From the NCBI RefSeq assembly GCF_963921235.1, contig NC_086108.1, forward strand, positions 88,352,001 to 88,416,000: a stretch of 64,000 bases of DNA, written 5' to 3'. Below, one piece after another: positions 1 through 13,127 of the stretch (position 1 is the stretch's first letter; each line of letters opens with the position of its first letter). The notes under the pieces are model-generated. The model was not told the origin of the DNA. It did not search any database and saw nothing but the letters and a program-made list of their open reading frames with translations. Source of the DNA: Mobula hypostoma. Lineage: Eukaryota. The translations under genes and the position numbers were made by a program.

Positions 1-2900
1 TATTCAGAGGCCAACTAGGGGCTTATAGAGTTAGGAATGAAATCACCTGGCACTCATAACGGCCGTCTGTATACCAACTCAGCCACGGACGACTGCACGT
101 CCTCTTTTGGAGAAGTTCTGAGCCCCAGTAGGACCCATGGGAGATGATAATGCCAACACTCATCAATCAGAGAAGCCCTCAGAGCAGCCTTTAAGGAGCC
201 ATGAAACCATTCGCTTCGGCCATTGGACTACGGGTGTTGCGCTGTGGTGTGACATAGCCTAACGCCGAGGTTCTGGGCCATTGCAGCCCAGAAGTCTGAT
301 ATTTCCCCGGTCAGAGGAAGTATCAGATGGCATGCCAAACTGAGAAACCCGGGTGCTGATGAACGTCCGAGCCACGTCTGCAGCCATCGTCGATGCCAGG
401 GGGACGACCTCTGGCCGCCTGGTGGTATGGTCCACCATTGGTAAGGAGGAGTGTGAAACTGCTGGAAGGGGGGAAGAGAACCAACAGGTCCACATTGACC
501 TGGTCAAACCATTGCTCAGGGACCTCAAAAGGTGCCATTGTCGACTGCAGACGAAGGTTAATTTTTGCCCACTGTCACTCCACACAGGCTGCAAAAGCCA
601 TGCCACACAAACTTCAGTGTAGCCTGTGAGGCCTTCCGGCCATGTATGGAGTCAAAAACAATCCGCTTCCAGCCTGTGGTCACGATGGGACGAGGGTGAC
701 GGGTTGAGACATCAAACAAGAGAGAAACCCCAGCTTCTCCAAACTTAAATGTCTGTCTGTGACTGCTGTTGAGTAAGCCTAGACCTCTGGGTCAGCAGCT
801 TGGTCGGCTGCCATGCCAGCATAGTCACCCCCTCTGTGTACGGCCTCAATGGCTGGCTGTGAGAGGTGATCAGCACCTTCTGCAGAGATGCAATGGCTGG
901 GAAAGTCAATGGTTGATAACCCAAACTGGCAGTTAGCAGGGTTTATAATCAACCTGTGTTGGCTTAAGGGCTCGAAAAATGTTGGGAGATGGAATACATG
1001 TTTGGATTTCAATGCACCAGTGACAAGTATGCCATCCAGGTAAACAAAAAGAAAATCTAAGTCTTTTAATACAGAGTCCATCAGCTATTGGAAAGTCTGT
1101 GCTGCATTTCAGCACAGAAACTCAAAAAGGCCAAATGAGGTTATCTCAGCTGTTTTGTGACTGTCCTCTGAGCACACTGGCACCCGATGGTAGCCCCTAA
1201 CTAAAAACTGGAAAAAAGTGACTTTCTGGCTAAATGTATTGAAATATCTTGGATGTGTGGGACCGGGTAGTGATCCGGGGCAGTGACCTTGTTAAGGTGT
1301 CGGTAATCACCACATTGTCGGCAACCACCATTGGACTTAGGGACCATATGGAAGGGTAAAGTTCAGGGGCTGTTTGATTGGCGTACAATGCCAAGTCTTT
1401 CCATGTTGGCAAACTCAGCCTTCATGGTTGCCAGTTTTGTTGGGTCCAGTCTACGCATGCAGGCATGGACTGGCGGACCAGTTGTGGGAATATGGTGCTC
1501 GACCCCTATGTTTTGTGAGTTTTGTGGAGAACGCGGACTTGGTGAGGTTTGGGAGTCCACCCAGCAGTCGAGTAAACTCACATGTGGTGGTGCATGCGCT
1601 TGACAGAGTTGTTGTGGGGAACTTACTGGAGGAGCAGCGGAATGACCCAAAGTCCTTGATATCCACACGCTGGCAGTTCCTAAGGTTGACCGACAGTCCT
1701 TGGGCAGACAGGAGATCTGCACCGAGCAGAGGTCTAGCCACTTTAGCCAGGACATAGTCCCATGTGTAACTTCGTCCACTGAAGGAGAGTGTCACCAGAC
1801 GTGTCCTGTAAGTTTGGATCCCATTGCCATTGGCGGTCTCCAGTGAGGTTTGATCACTCTTTGCCTTCTCATCAATAGATGATGCTGACAGCACACTCTC
1901 CTGAGCACCTGAGTTACAGAAGAAGCTTCGACCTGAAAGGGTGTCCGTAGTGAACAGCAGATGGCCCTGGCAGCTGGAACCCATGGTGTTCACAGACTTC
2001 TGAAGTTCCTATGTGCTGGGACTGTTGAAGCTGCAAGGCGGTCAGCACTTCCTAGCGTTCCTACTAAAGTGAGAGTGGTAAAAGCACTGCTCCGGTGTTG
2101 TCTGTTCCGCAGGTGGGGGCTTTCTTATGTCGGGGGCCTTGCTGACCAGGCTAATTGAGGTAGAGATAGGAGGAATGATGCACTGCTGCCTGGCTGAGGG
2201 TAGACTATCAGCCATTTTAGCAAGTTCCCTATAGTCCTTCACAGGTGCATTAGTGAGGGCTATGTGAACTTGATCAGACATTTGCCACATTAAGAGTTCT
2301 TTAAAAATAAAACAAGGATAGTGATTTCCCAGGAGAAACTGCATGTCGTCCATTCACTTCTGCAACTTACCATCGCTAAGGCCAGACAAGGAGAGACACT
2401 GTTTGGCGTGCTCAAACTCCGCTAGTCCAAAAGTCTGTAAAAGATGAGATTTCAGTGATCGGAATTTATCATTTTCAGGCAAGGTGTTCTAGTAAACTCA
2501 TCTTGCTTGCAGCATGGAGTTGTTGAGCAATACTACTACATAGAAATATCTGGTGTTGTTGGCGGAGATTTCTCGACATGCAAATTGAGCCTCTGCTTGT
2601 ACAAACCAAGTGATGGTGATGGCATTTTGCTCCCAAAACTCTGGCAATTTCAAACTGACTGCATTGGCTGACATGTTCAATAACTCTGGAATCGCACAAG
2701 AGCATCGGGGGTCACCAACGTAAGTTTTCACAAATAAAATGGCGGAGGCATTTTGGGTTTCAGAAAAGCCGTAGCAACTCATTTACTGAACATCAACAAG
2801 CTGAGCTCAAAGTGTGCTAAAAGCCCTTCATTTTATTCTGTCGTCATATCAGACCAGCCTCTTAAAGTGAATCCCAACTCAATGGTGGTGGTTGTGAATT
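1..2900 (-). mobile_element. Degenerate Ty3/Gypsy LTR retrotransposon (5' LTR remnant, primer-binding site, gag, protease, RT, integrase); runs off the left edge
   Basis: Frameshifted minus-strand fragments: gag-like AVSLKLPEFWEQN..WFVQAEAQF (~2500-2680), protease-like SGRSFFCNSGAQESVL (~1900-1960), RT EFANMERLGIVRQSNSP and FLFVYLDGILV (~780-1450), and integrase (SQFGMPSDTSSDRG; SNG..FHGSLKAAL-like) below 700. Primer-binding site TGGTGACCCC at 2717-2708. Confidence 0.85.
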
Positions 2901-2938
2901 ACGGAAGTTTGGTTGATCGGTGAGCTTGGCAAAATGTT

Positions 2939-2980
2939 TGCAGACGTTTCAGCTCCAATTGAGAAGCCATCATCAGCGTG
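2939..2980 (-). ncRNA. Minimal hammerhead ribozyme motif in the PLE terminal repeat (stem I weak)
   Basis: Minus strand reads CTGATGA-T-GGCTTC-TCAATT-GGAGCT-GAAAC-GTC. Stem II pairs 6 bp with two G-U pairs. Confidence 0.6.
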
Positions 2981-3649
2981 CAGGTGAGGGTGTTGTCTCC
3001 TCAGAATGCCGGCTTATATACTCCTCTGGGGTCCAAATGGATATTGATTAGAAGTCATGATCTGCTTGACTGGTTTGAAACACTGTGAACAGTTTAGCAG
3101 TAGAAGATTCTGGTTGGCTAGTTTCGAGGGAGGTCCATTGGAAGTGATTGCTTTGCTGTCGAGATCCCGACATTACTGGTGATTCATTAACTATTGACGT
3201 CATTGTTTTTCTTTTCACCGTAAGGGTTCATATACCAGATCGATGTTGACATGTTTGTTGATGGATCCTTTTGCAGAGAACCACTCTTTGAGAAATTCTC
3301 ATTCTTTTCTCGTTCTTGCTTGAGTCAAGACTCTGGTTGTCATCCAGTTGAAAGCATTCTTCTTCGCCTTCGTGAGCGAAAGTGGGTCGTGCCTTCTGCT
3401 CGCTAGCTGATGCTTTTGTAGCCTGGCTGATTGTTTTCTTCCCATTTGACCAAAGTAGTACTTTTCACAGTCACTACACTGGATTTTGTAGTTAACATTT
3501 GTTCTATCAGTCACATGATGTTGCATTTTGAGTTTTGATAGGTTCCTCCTTAAAGTTGCAAACAGTTCGTGAGCGACTGTGATGTTATGTTGCTGAAACA
3601 GTTTTGCTGTCTTTTCCAAGATATTCTTTATGTATGGCATACAATTCAT

Positions 3650-4316
3650 TTAGATTAGATTAGATTAAATTATGAGGACATGCAGTCCTCTTTTATTGTC
3701 ATTTAGTAATGCATGCATTAAGAAATAATACAATGTTCCTTCAGAATGATATCACAGAAACACAAGACAAACCAAGGCTAAAAAAACTGACAAAAACCAC
3801 ATAATTATAACATATAGTTACAACAGTGCAAAGCAATATTGTAATTTGATAAAGAGCAGACGATGGGCATGGTAAAAAAAAGTCTCAAAGTCTCTCGAAA
3901 GTCCCATCATCTCATGCAGACGGATGAACCTCCAGCGCTGCAAACTTGCCGATGCAGCACCCTGGAAGCACCCGACCACAGCCGACTCTTGAGTCCGTCT
4001 GAAAACTTCAAGCCTCCGACCAGCCCTCCGACACCGAGCACCGAGCACCATCTCTGCCGAGCGCTTCGACCCTGGCCCCGGCAACAGGCAATAAGCAAAG
4101 CTGAGGATTTGGGGCCTTCCCCTCCGGAGATTCTCGATCGCACAGTAGCAACAGCAGCGAAGCAGGCATTTCAGAAGTTTCTCCAGATGTTCCTCTGTGC
4201 TTCTCACCTCTGTCTCCATCAAATCAGGATTGTGCACAGTACCTACTTAAAAATATGACATCATTTCGGAGCGGCTGCGCGCGCTGCGTCACACGGCCAT
4301 CTTCTCCACCCCCTCC
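3650..4316 (-). mobile_element. Non-coding SINE-like retroposon with 3' stem-loop and (TAATC)n tail
   Basis: Minus strand ends AATAAA-A-GAGGAC-TGCAT-GTCCTC-(TAATC)n. The GC-rich head contains AAGATGGCC. A second copy lies at 44817-45391. Confidence 0.75.
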
Positions 4317-4774
4317 AAAAATTCGTCGTTTATGTAGTTTGTATAATTGGGTTTCTGACCTTGAAGAATTATGGATGTTTCCACCAATTACTTTACCCTG
4401 CATTTTGCTTGTATCACAGCTATGGACCGGGCATTCCTTTGTTTTGACTTCTGTGATATCCTAGGTCATTATCTCATTCTGCACTTCTCATCATCACTGT
4501 ATGATCTCTCACTTGTCAGAACATTCTCTCATTTCCCCTCTAGCTACTCCAAACAGATAACCCCTTAATATCACAGTTATTCATATGATCCCATTGGATA
4601 CAGTACTTCTATCAACACATGATATTCTTCTGCGCTCACAGACCATAGGGAATCATGGAGATAATAAAGCAGCTAGCAATTAAATACCTTGTCTACTTCA
4701 AACTATTTCTCTGTTCTCAACCTCCAAATAAACTCGAGGAACAACACTGCTTTTGATTAGACACATCTCTGTCC

Positions 4775-5450
4775 TCTAGAGTCATAGAGCACTACAGCAC
4801 AGAAGCAGTCACTTCATCCCATCTAGTCCATGCTGAGCTGTTATTCTGCATACTCCCGTTCAGTCACACCCTCTATACCCCGCTCATCCATGTACTTACC
4901 CAAACTTCTCTTATGTGTTGCAATCAAGCCCACATCCATGACTTCCACTGGCAGCTTGTTTCACACCTGCAATCATTTGTAAGTGAAGAAGATCCCCCTC
5001 AGGTTCCCCTTAAATATTTCACCTTTCACCCTTAACTTATGAACTCTATTTTTAGTCTCACCCAACTTTGTTGGAAAAAGTTTGTTTACATTTACTTTAT
5101 CTGTATCCCTTATAATTTTCTATACCTATCAAATCTCCTCTCATTCTCCTACACTCCAGGGAATAAAGTCCTCACCTGTTCAGTCTTTCCATATAACTCT
5201 GGTCCTCAAGTCCCAGCAAGATCCTTGTAAATTTTCTCTTCACTCTTTCAATCTTATTGATACCTTTCTTGTAGGTAGGTAAATAGAACTGCGCTCAATA
5301 CTCCAATTCAGGCCTCACCTATGTCTTTACAGCTTCAATGTAACATCCCAATTCATGTGCTCAACACTCTGATTTCTGAAGGCCAATGTGCCGAAAGGGC
5401 ATCTCTATGATGTTTTCTACCTGTGAAGCCACTCCCAAGGAATTATCCAA
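4775..5450 (-). mobile_element. CR1 LINE 3' fragment (old)
   Basis: Degenerate match to the C-terminal ORF2 and 3' UTR of the other CR1 copies in the window. Confidence 0.75.
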
Positions 5451-7512
5451 ATGGATTTTGAAAAGAAGCATCTCATAGATGTTGCTAAGATTTTTCAATG
5501 TAGTTGGACAAAGAGGGATGCCGTCTCTGAACTCTATATTCTCTCCTCGCATATGGTTGTTGGGTTTATCGTCATATGCTCAAGGGCATTGGTAGAAATG
5601 CTTTGTTAATTCAAAGGGTGAGTCACTGTGGTATACTCTTCCAAAGAAATTAATCTGATTATTTGTTGTAACTGCACACTAATATTGCAGTTTATATGTT
5701 ATAAATAAAGATGAGGAAATGGTGGTGCGGCGTCTTATCCTGAAATGTTTGATGATTCCTTTTTCCCTCTCAACTCACTGAGTTTCTCCAGCAGTTTGTT
5801 TCTTTCTGCAGATTCTATCATTAGCTGTCTCTCTTTAATTTCTTTGAATGTACAAGTTGACACGATCATATTGAAAGCAACACTGCGATGCACGAGTCCC
5901 AAATATCTGAGTATCTGCTGTCTCATCTGATTAAGTTCTGCCTACTAAGTGCATATTCTTTCCTTGGTTAGTGATTGGATCACACATTCTCAGATTTCTA
6001 GGTAACAATCGATGATTCATTACTTGGAGAAACACAGCACCCACTGTAAGATTTCCGGGCCTGGTACAGTTAGATTTGTTCAGCTTGCCCATAGCTGCAA
6101 AACTAGACATAGGCTGGTTTAATAACAGCAAGACAAATCAGTAGATGGCTGAACCTATCTGTTTCTCAACAATATAAACTTTAGTCACAGTCATCATCAT
6201 CTAATTAATGAACCAGGTTTTGGGGGAAATAAAATACCACAGAGTGGGCAGCCAGTGCCTTTATTCCCCAGGGTCAAGAGGGCATAATTTTTAAAGTGAT
6301 TGGAAAAATATTTAGGGGCGATGTCAGATGTAGCTTTTTTTTTACACAGAGAGTAGTAAATGCATGAAATGGCCTGCCAGGATTGGTGGTAGTGGCAGAT
6401 ACGCTAGGGGTGTATATGAGCTCGTTCCACATGTTCTATCAGTGATGATTATTATCCTTCAGGGATGTTTTTATGAAGCATATCAGTTTAAAAGTCACAA
6501 TCATAACATAAACCTACTGGAATGAATTATACTGTGGTATCTGTGAAGTGATGGTAGTTCTGAATTTGCGCGATGCTCTCTACCCTTTAAATGCCTTTGT
6601 ACTAATTGCTTATGTAATATTCACTGAATTCATTTCAAAGACAAATGCATGATATATTTTGTTTGTATTTGAACCCCCACATATGCTACACAGATAGAAC
6701 AAAAAAAAGAGTCCCAGTAATCAAGACTTTCATTAAGTTGGATTGGATTTATGTGAGACCATAAGAAATAGGAGCAGGAGTAGGCCACCCAGCCCGTCGA
6801 GCCTGCTCCACCATTCAATAAGATCATGGCTGATCTGACCATGGACTCATCTCCACCTACCTGTCTTTCCCCCATAACCCTTAATTCCCCTATTATGCAA
6901 AAATCTATCCAACTTTGTCTTAAATATATTTACTGAGGTAGCCTCCACTGCTTCATTGGGCAGAGAATTCCACAGATTCACCACTCTCTAGGAAAAGCAG
7001 TTCCTCCTCATCTCCATGCTAAATCTATTCCCCTGAATCTTGGGCTATGTCCCCTAGTTCTAGTCTCACCTATCAGTGGAAACAACTATTCTGCCTCTAT
7101 CTTATCTATCCCTTTCATAAATTTTATATGTTTCTATAAGATCTCCTCTCATTCTTCTGAATTCCAAGTACAGTTCCAGGTGACTCAATCTCTCCTCAGA
7201 GTCGAACCCCTTCATTTCTGGAGTACTCCAGGTGCAGCCTCACCAGTACCCTGTACAGTTGCAGCATAACCTCCCTGCTCTTAAATTCAATCCCTCAAGC
7301 AATGAAAGCCAACATTCCATTTGCCTTCTTGATAGCCTGCTGCACCTGCAAACCAACCTCTTGTGATTCATACACAAGCACTATAAGGCCCTCTGCACAG
7401 CAGCATGTTACAATGTTTTACCATTTAAATAATAATCTGCTCTTCCATTTTTCCTTCCAATGTGGATGACCTCGCATTTGCCAACATTGTATTCCCTAGC
7501 GTTGTATTCCCT

Positions 7513-7850
7513 AGAAAGTTGTTTCCCATGATGGGGGAGTCTAGTACGAGAAGGCATGACTTAAGGATTGAAGGGTGCCCATTCAGAACAGAAATGCGAA
7601 GAAATTTTTTTAGTCAGAGGGTGGTGAATCTATGGAATTTGTTGCCACGGGCGACAGTGGAGGCCAAGTCATTGGGTGTATGTAAGGCAGAGATTGATAG
7701 GTATCAGAGTAGCCAGGGCATCAATGGTTATGGTGAGAAGGCAGGGGAGTGGGACTAAATGGGAGAATGGATCAGCTCATGATAAAATGGCGGAGCAGAC
7801 TCGATGAGCTGAATGGCTGACTTCTGCTCCTTTGTCTTATGGTCTTATTC
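7513..7850 (+). mobile_element. CR1 LINE 3' fragment nested in the opposite orientation
   Basis: KLFPMMGESSTRRHDLRIEG..RNFFSQRVVNLWN, nearly identical to the reverse complement of 46270-46610. Confidence 0.85.
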
Positions 7851-8549
7851 TCTTATTCCATCTGCCAGACCTTGCCCACTCACATAGCCTATCTATATCA
7901 CTCTGCAGACTCTGTATCTTCTGCACAATTTGCTTTTCCACTCAATTTAGTATCATCAGCAAACTTAGATACACTACCCTTGGTCCCGTCTTCCAGATCA
8001 TCAACATATATCGTGAACAGTTGCAGGCCTAGCTCCAACCCCCCAGGCACAAGGCTCACCAGTGATTGCCAACCAGAGTAATACCCATGTATCCCCACTC
8101 TGCTTTCTATTAGTTAACCAATCCTCTATCCTTGCTAATACATCACCCCCAACTCTATGCATCCTTAAATCTTTTATGTGGCACCTTATCGAATACCTTC
8201 TGAAAATCCAAGTAAATAACCTCCATCTGTTTCCCTCTATCCACTGCACTTGTTATATCCTCAAAGAACTCCAGTAAGTTGTCAAACAGGATCTGCTTTT
8301 GCTGAATCCATGCTGCGTCTGCCTGATGGATCCATTTCTTTCCAGATGCCTCACTATTTCTTCCTTAATGATAGCTTCAAGCATTTTCCCAACTACAGGT
8401 GTCAAACTAACTGGCCTATAGTTACCTGCCTTTTGCTTACATTGTTTTTTGAACAGTGGCATGACATTCGCTATCTTCCACTCCACTGGAACCTGCCCAG
8501 AGTACAGAGGATTTTGGTAAATTATCACCAAAGCCTCTGCTATAACTTC

Positions 8550-8707
8550 AAACACAAAGAACAGGAATTCTGCAGATGCTGGAAATTTAAGCAACACACA
8601 TAAAAGTTGCTGGTCCTGACGAAGGGTCTCAGCCTGAAACGTCGACTGTACCTCTTCTTAGAGATGCTGCCTGGCCTGCTGCGTTCACCAGCAACTTTTA
8701 TGTGTGT
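8550..8707. mobile_element. Short PLE-derived hammerhead insertion with inversion, inside the CR1 RT
   Basis: TSD TGCTATAACTTC at 8538-8549 and 8708-8719. A 24-bp inverted repeat lies at 8591-8614 / 8687-8710. Confidence 0.85.
8611..8648 (+). ncRNA. Minimal type I hammerhead ribozyme motif
   Basis: TGGTC-CTGACGA-AGGGTCTCAGCCT-GAAAC-GTC-GACTG. Stem I is TGGTC/GACTG and stem III is the palindrome ACGT. Confidence 0.65.
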
Positions 8708-9464
8708 TGCTATAACTTCTGCCATTTCTTTCAATACCCTGTGATGTATTCCATCAGGACCGGGGGACTTATCTATCTTCAGGCCCACAAGTTTGCTCAG
8801 CACTACCTCTTTAGTGATAACTATTGTATCGAGGTCTTCACCTCTCATCACATCCATGACATCTCTCTTTGGCATGTTAGATGTGTCCTCCACTGTGAAG
8901 ACCGACTCAAGATAGTCATTCAAAGCCTCTGTATTTCCTCATTACCCAATATCAATTCCCCCTTCTCATCCTCCAAGGGACCTATGTTCACTTTAGTCAC
9001 TTTTCCACTTTATGTAACTATAAAGACTTTTACTATCCGTTTTTATATTCTGTGCTAATTTATTTTCATAATTTATCTTCCCTTTCTTTATTCCTCGCTT
9101 TGTGGTTCTTTGTTGCTTTTTAAAGTCTTCCCAATCTTCCAGTTTCCCATTACTCTTGGTGACTTTGTACACACGAGCTTTTAGTTTGATGCCTTCTTTT
9201 TTTCCCTTAGTTATCCAAGGCTGGCTCTCCCCACCTTTATTGTCCTTGCTTTTAACTGGAACATACTTTTGTTGAGCACCGAAAAAATCTCTTTGAAAGT
9301 CTTCCACTGTTCCTCAACTGTCCCACCATATAGCCTGTGTTCCCAGTCCACACTAGCCACATCCTCCCTCATCACATTGTAGTCTCCATTGTTTAGGCAT
9401 AATACACTGGTTTTAGATTGAACTATTGCTCCCTCCATTTGTATGAAAAACTCAATCATACTGT

Positions 9465-9719
9465 AAACAACAGGAATTCTGCAGATGCTGGAAATTCAAG
9501 CAACACACATCAAAGTTGCTGGTGAACACAGCAGGCCAGGCAGCATCTCTAGGACGAGGTGCAGTCGACGTTTCAGGCCGAGACCCTTCGTCAGGACCAA
9601 TCACCTGTCCAGCTCTTAGCTCCATCCCTCCCCCTCCTGTCTTCTCCTATCATTTTGGATCTCCCCCTCCCCCTCCAACTTTCAAATCTCTTACTAACTC
9701 TTCCTTCAGTTAGTCCTGA
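9465..9719 (-). mobile_element. Short PLE-derived hammerhead insertion with inverted 5' segment
   Basis: TSD TCAATCATACTGT at 9452-9464 and 9720-9732. A minus-oriented terminus (9465-9597) is joined to a plus-oriented upstream segment (9598-9719) that ends in AGTCCTGA. Confidence 0.85.
9563..9597 (-). ncRNA. Minimal hammerhead ribozyme motif
   Basis: Minus strand reads GTC-CTGACGA-AGGGTCTCGGCCT-GAAAC-GTC-GACT. Confidence 0.65.
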
Positions 9720-10349
9720 TCAATCATACTGTGATTACTCTTTCCAAGAGGATCCCTAACTACAAGATCACTAATTTTACCTGTTTCATCGCAGAGGGCC
9801 AGATCTAAGATAATATGTTCCCTTGTAGGTTCAGTAACATTCTGTTCAAGAGAGCTATCATGAATGCGTTCTATGAAGTCCTCCTCAAGACTGCCTCAAC
9901 CAACTTGATTCACCCAATCTATGTGCAAGTTAAAGACCCCACGATAACTGCTGTTCCATTCTTACATACCTCAGATATTTCTCTGCTTATTGCCTGTGCC
10001 ATTGTAATGTTATTATTTAGTGGATGATAGACAACTCCCACTAGTGATTTTTTTTCTCTTTACTATTCCTAATCTCTACCCAGATGGATTCAACATTCTG
10101 CTCTTTAGATCTTATATCGTCTCTCACTATCGCCCTGATCTCATCTTTAATTCAGAGCGCTACCCCACCTCTTTTACCTTCCTGTCTACCCTTCTGTATT
10201 ACCTGATATCCATGGATATTTAATTCCCATTCCTCCCCACCCTGCAACCACGTCTCTGTAATGGCTACTAAATCATACCTCCTTGTACTGATTTGTGCCA
10301 CAAGTTCACTAACCTTGTTTCGAAAACGACAGGCATTCAGATAAATACT

Positions 10350-10905
10350 ATGTCCATCACTTGTGATTTAATCTATAACCGCCTGGCATGGTGGTCCTTT
10401 ACCTGGCCTCAATCAAGTTTGGGTAAGGGGCGAGTCCAGGCGGCAGGGCCTGTGCCTGAGAGAGAGGAACGGGCCGGTGTTTGGATGTTGTTGTAATGGA
10501 CGGGGCTGAATCAAAGCGGCTGTGTCCAGGTCTCAGAGTGAGGAATGAGCCAATATTTGGCTGATTTAAGCACTGGGCCAGATTGGAAAGGTTGGGGTGT
10601 CAGGGCCGGAGGCAAGGGATGGACCAGTGTTCAGCTCGCTGCTCTGTGAGGTTTACTTGTCTCTGCGCTGAACTGAGGCTGTGGCCTGCATCTAGCGGGC
10701 TCCTGGGTGGGCTGCAGTGATGACTTATTTTTGTGAACTCTTGTTCTGAGTGTTATTTACTTTTTATTGCTTGCATGATTTTGTTTTTGCACATTGGGTG
10801 TTTGACGATTTTTTTATGGGTCCTACTGGGTTTCTTTGTAAAGGAAATTTTAAGGTTGCATATAGTACTCATGCTTTGATAAGGAATATACTTTGACCTT
10901 TGAAA
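10350..10905 (+). mobile_element. Probable SINE-like or non-autonomous retroposon
   Basis: GC-rich body, T-rich 3' part and a CTTTGACCTTTGA tail like the one at 38500-38525. Confidence 0.45.
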
Positions 10906-11799
10906 TGTGGCCTTTTCTGCCACTAAATTCTAACGAAATTGGTGCATTAGGTTTTAAACTATGAATCATGTTTGTTGATAAGACACCAAAACCACCAAAA
11001 CAAGCAATTCATGTTTACATTTTTAGTGGCCATGGCATTTCTAATGTAATATATTAGTAAATGGAAAATGCAGTCTGCAGAATTCTCCTGTAAATCAACA
11101 GTCACTAAGAAAGAAATCAGGAAGCTCAGGGAGAATAATAAAAATCATCGGTAAGTTCAGTCTTCAATAAAGGTATACCTCTTTGATACCCTGGGAAACA
11201 TGTCTGAATTATACCACAATGACATTGGAAATCATCTTTCAGTAACTAAGTAATAAAGGTCAATATTTGCATAATTTAGATTACTGTAAATACAAGAGAG
11301 TTCATTCAATCCAAACACTTCTTTGCTTACATCTACTAAGCACCCCAGCACATATTTTTCCATACACTCTTGGTCTAACTGTGCATGTGTACACAAATCC
11401 TTAAATATTTAAATAGGTATAAAATAAAAATCCAAATTAGACTTAATTAAGCCCCAAAATAATTTATTTTAATTGGTGTACCAATAGTGGTGAGACAACA
11501 CTATCTTCACATTCTTCATTGACAAGGATTTAAAACAGAAGTCTAGATAACTGATTTACTTCTGAAAAAGTCTGTAACAGTATTACATTCTAACTGACTT
11601 TACCTTAATTAAGTTTTATATTTGCATTCAGTTCAAACTTCTGAATTGAAGTATTATAAATTATAGTAAAGAATTTGTAGAACTGTTTATACTTCTTAAA
11701 TTGGTTTCATTAATATAAATATTAACATGATTGAATTTGTTCACACTTTACTCTATATATACGGCTCCTGTATTTGGAATTTGCCCAAGATTATATTGC

Positions 11800-11990
11800 A
11801 AAGTTCACAGCTGGTCATAATGGCAAAGAATCGGGTCTAGTCCTGCCCTCGGGTGCTGTGTGGAATTTGTAGTGTATCCCAATGACCATCAGGTGTTCCA
11901 GCATCCCAGTAATGGGCTGGAAAGTTAACTAATTTCTCTAAATTACCCCTAACAAGAAGAAGTAAATTGCTGGGCTATTGGGAAAAATAT
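11800..11990 (+). mobile_element. Degenerate V-SINE-like fragment
   Basis: GGTGCTGTGTGGAATTTG..GGTGTTCCAG..AAATTACCCCT resembles the V domain of fish SINEs. Recognised by eye only. Confidence 0.4.
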
Positions 11991-12224
11991 GAAAAAAGGA
12001 AAATGGGATCAATGGGGTTTGGGGGGGTCAAACTACATCAGAAGTATGTGATGTAGTTTAGAGTATTCCTTTAACGTTCTCCTTATTAATAATAGTCATA
12101 CTGCCATACGACACATAGACAAACCCTTTAGCTCATTGATTCTATGCTATCAAGCACCCACTTAGACGAATGTGCTCTACATCAATCTCTAGTATTATTA
12201 GTGCAATCACTCAAGTAGAGTAAG

Positions 12225-12665
12225 ATGTTCTCCTACTGGTGGCTCCTCAGGTGGCTGTAGAGGAGAGTCTGGGATCCACATAATCTGGTGGGGTGTGGGC
12301 AAAATTAAGTGATGACTGAGCTTGGTGGTCAGGTCCTTTCATTTTCCCAGTCTCTCCTTTCACAGCTGCCACATTCTCTGAAGCAGAGCAGAGGCTGTTG
12401 TCATGTAGCACAGCTCCCTCTTGAACAGATTTCTCCAAGTGTATCTTTTATGTGCAATGTCTTCCCAGTTTTTAGACGTAATGGTGAGTTTCTTCAGGCT
12501 GGTTTTGATGTTCTTTTTAACATGTTTCCTTTGCCCACCAGGGGCTCACTGACCTTCCTTCAAGTGATGGTAAAGGATGTGTTTGGGGGAATGTGAGTTA
12601 GGTATCTGGATTTCATGACCTGTCCATTGGAGTTGGTATTGTTTTATCATGGTGGAGATGCTCCA
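12225..12665 (-). mobile_element. RTE-type LINE 3' fragment
   Basis: Degenerate minus-strand RTE-like C-terminus (RIPN..GGQRKH-like) followed by a 3' UTR. Confidence 0.45.
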
Positions 12666-13127
12666 CTATTAGATCAATCACACTTTATTGTCCCCACATT
12701 GACAACAATTCCCTCAAAATGTACCACTCACCTATGTACCAGGGATAATTTACAGTAGTCAGTCAATCCTCGCACCCTTGGGACTGGGAAGAAAGTGGAA
12801 CACCAGTTAAGTGTGTGTGAGAGAGAGAATGTGGATAATCCACACAGGCAGTATCCAAGGTAAGCACATGTTCGGCACAGCTTTGTGGGCCTAAGGGCCT
12901 ATAATGTGCTGTAGGTTTTCTATGTTTCTAAGGTCAGTAATTAACTCACATCACTGGAGCTGGAAGGAAGCAGTTCTAGTTGCACAACTGTGCCACCATA
13001 TTAACAAAATCCAGTAACTGATCTCAGACGATTGATTAGGAAGTCGAGATGAACTATCCTTCACTGTACAGTGTTCTCAATATTTGATCAGTTGGTTATC
13101 TTGCAATGAACTCGGCCATTGCCTATC

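Larger units (their letters stand above)
2900..4400 (-). mobile_element. Penelope-like element (Poseidon/Penelope type), 3' fragment with GIY-YIG endonuclease, interrupted by a non-coding retroposon
   Basis: ORF 3299..3649 (MPYIKNILEK..NVNYKIQCSDCEKYYFGQMGRK..RLQKHQ) has the PLE GIY-YIG pattern. The terminal region carries CTGATGA..GAAACGTC. Confidence 0.85.
6755..10345 (-). mobile_element. CR1 LINE ORF2 (endonuclease + RT), fragmented, with nested insertions
   Basis: ORF fragments KSPGPDGIH, VEWKIANVMPLFKK..NYRPVSLT, SKFADDTKLSG. CR1 3' tail at ~6755-6780. Confidence 0.9.

Noticed and set aside
5450..12200. C1orf210 or another host gene downstream of TMEM125, including ORF 5735..5926
   Set aside because: No recognisable motif (such as DDDGFIEDNYI) and no convincing splice structure.
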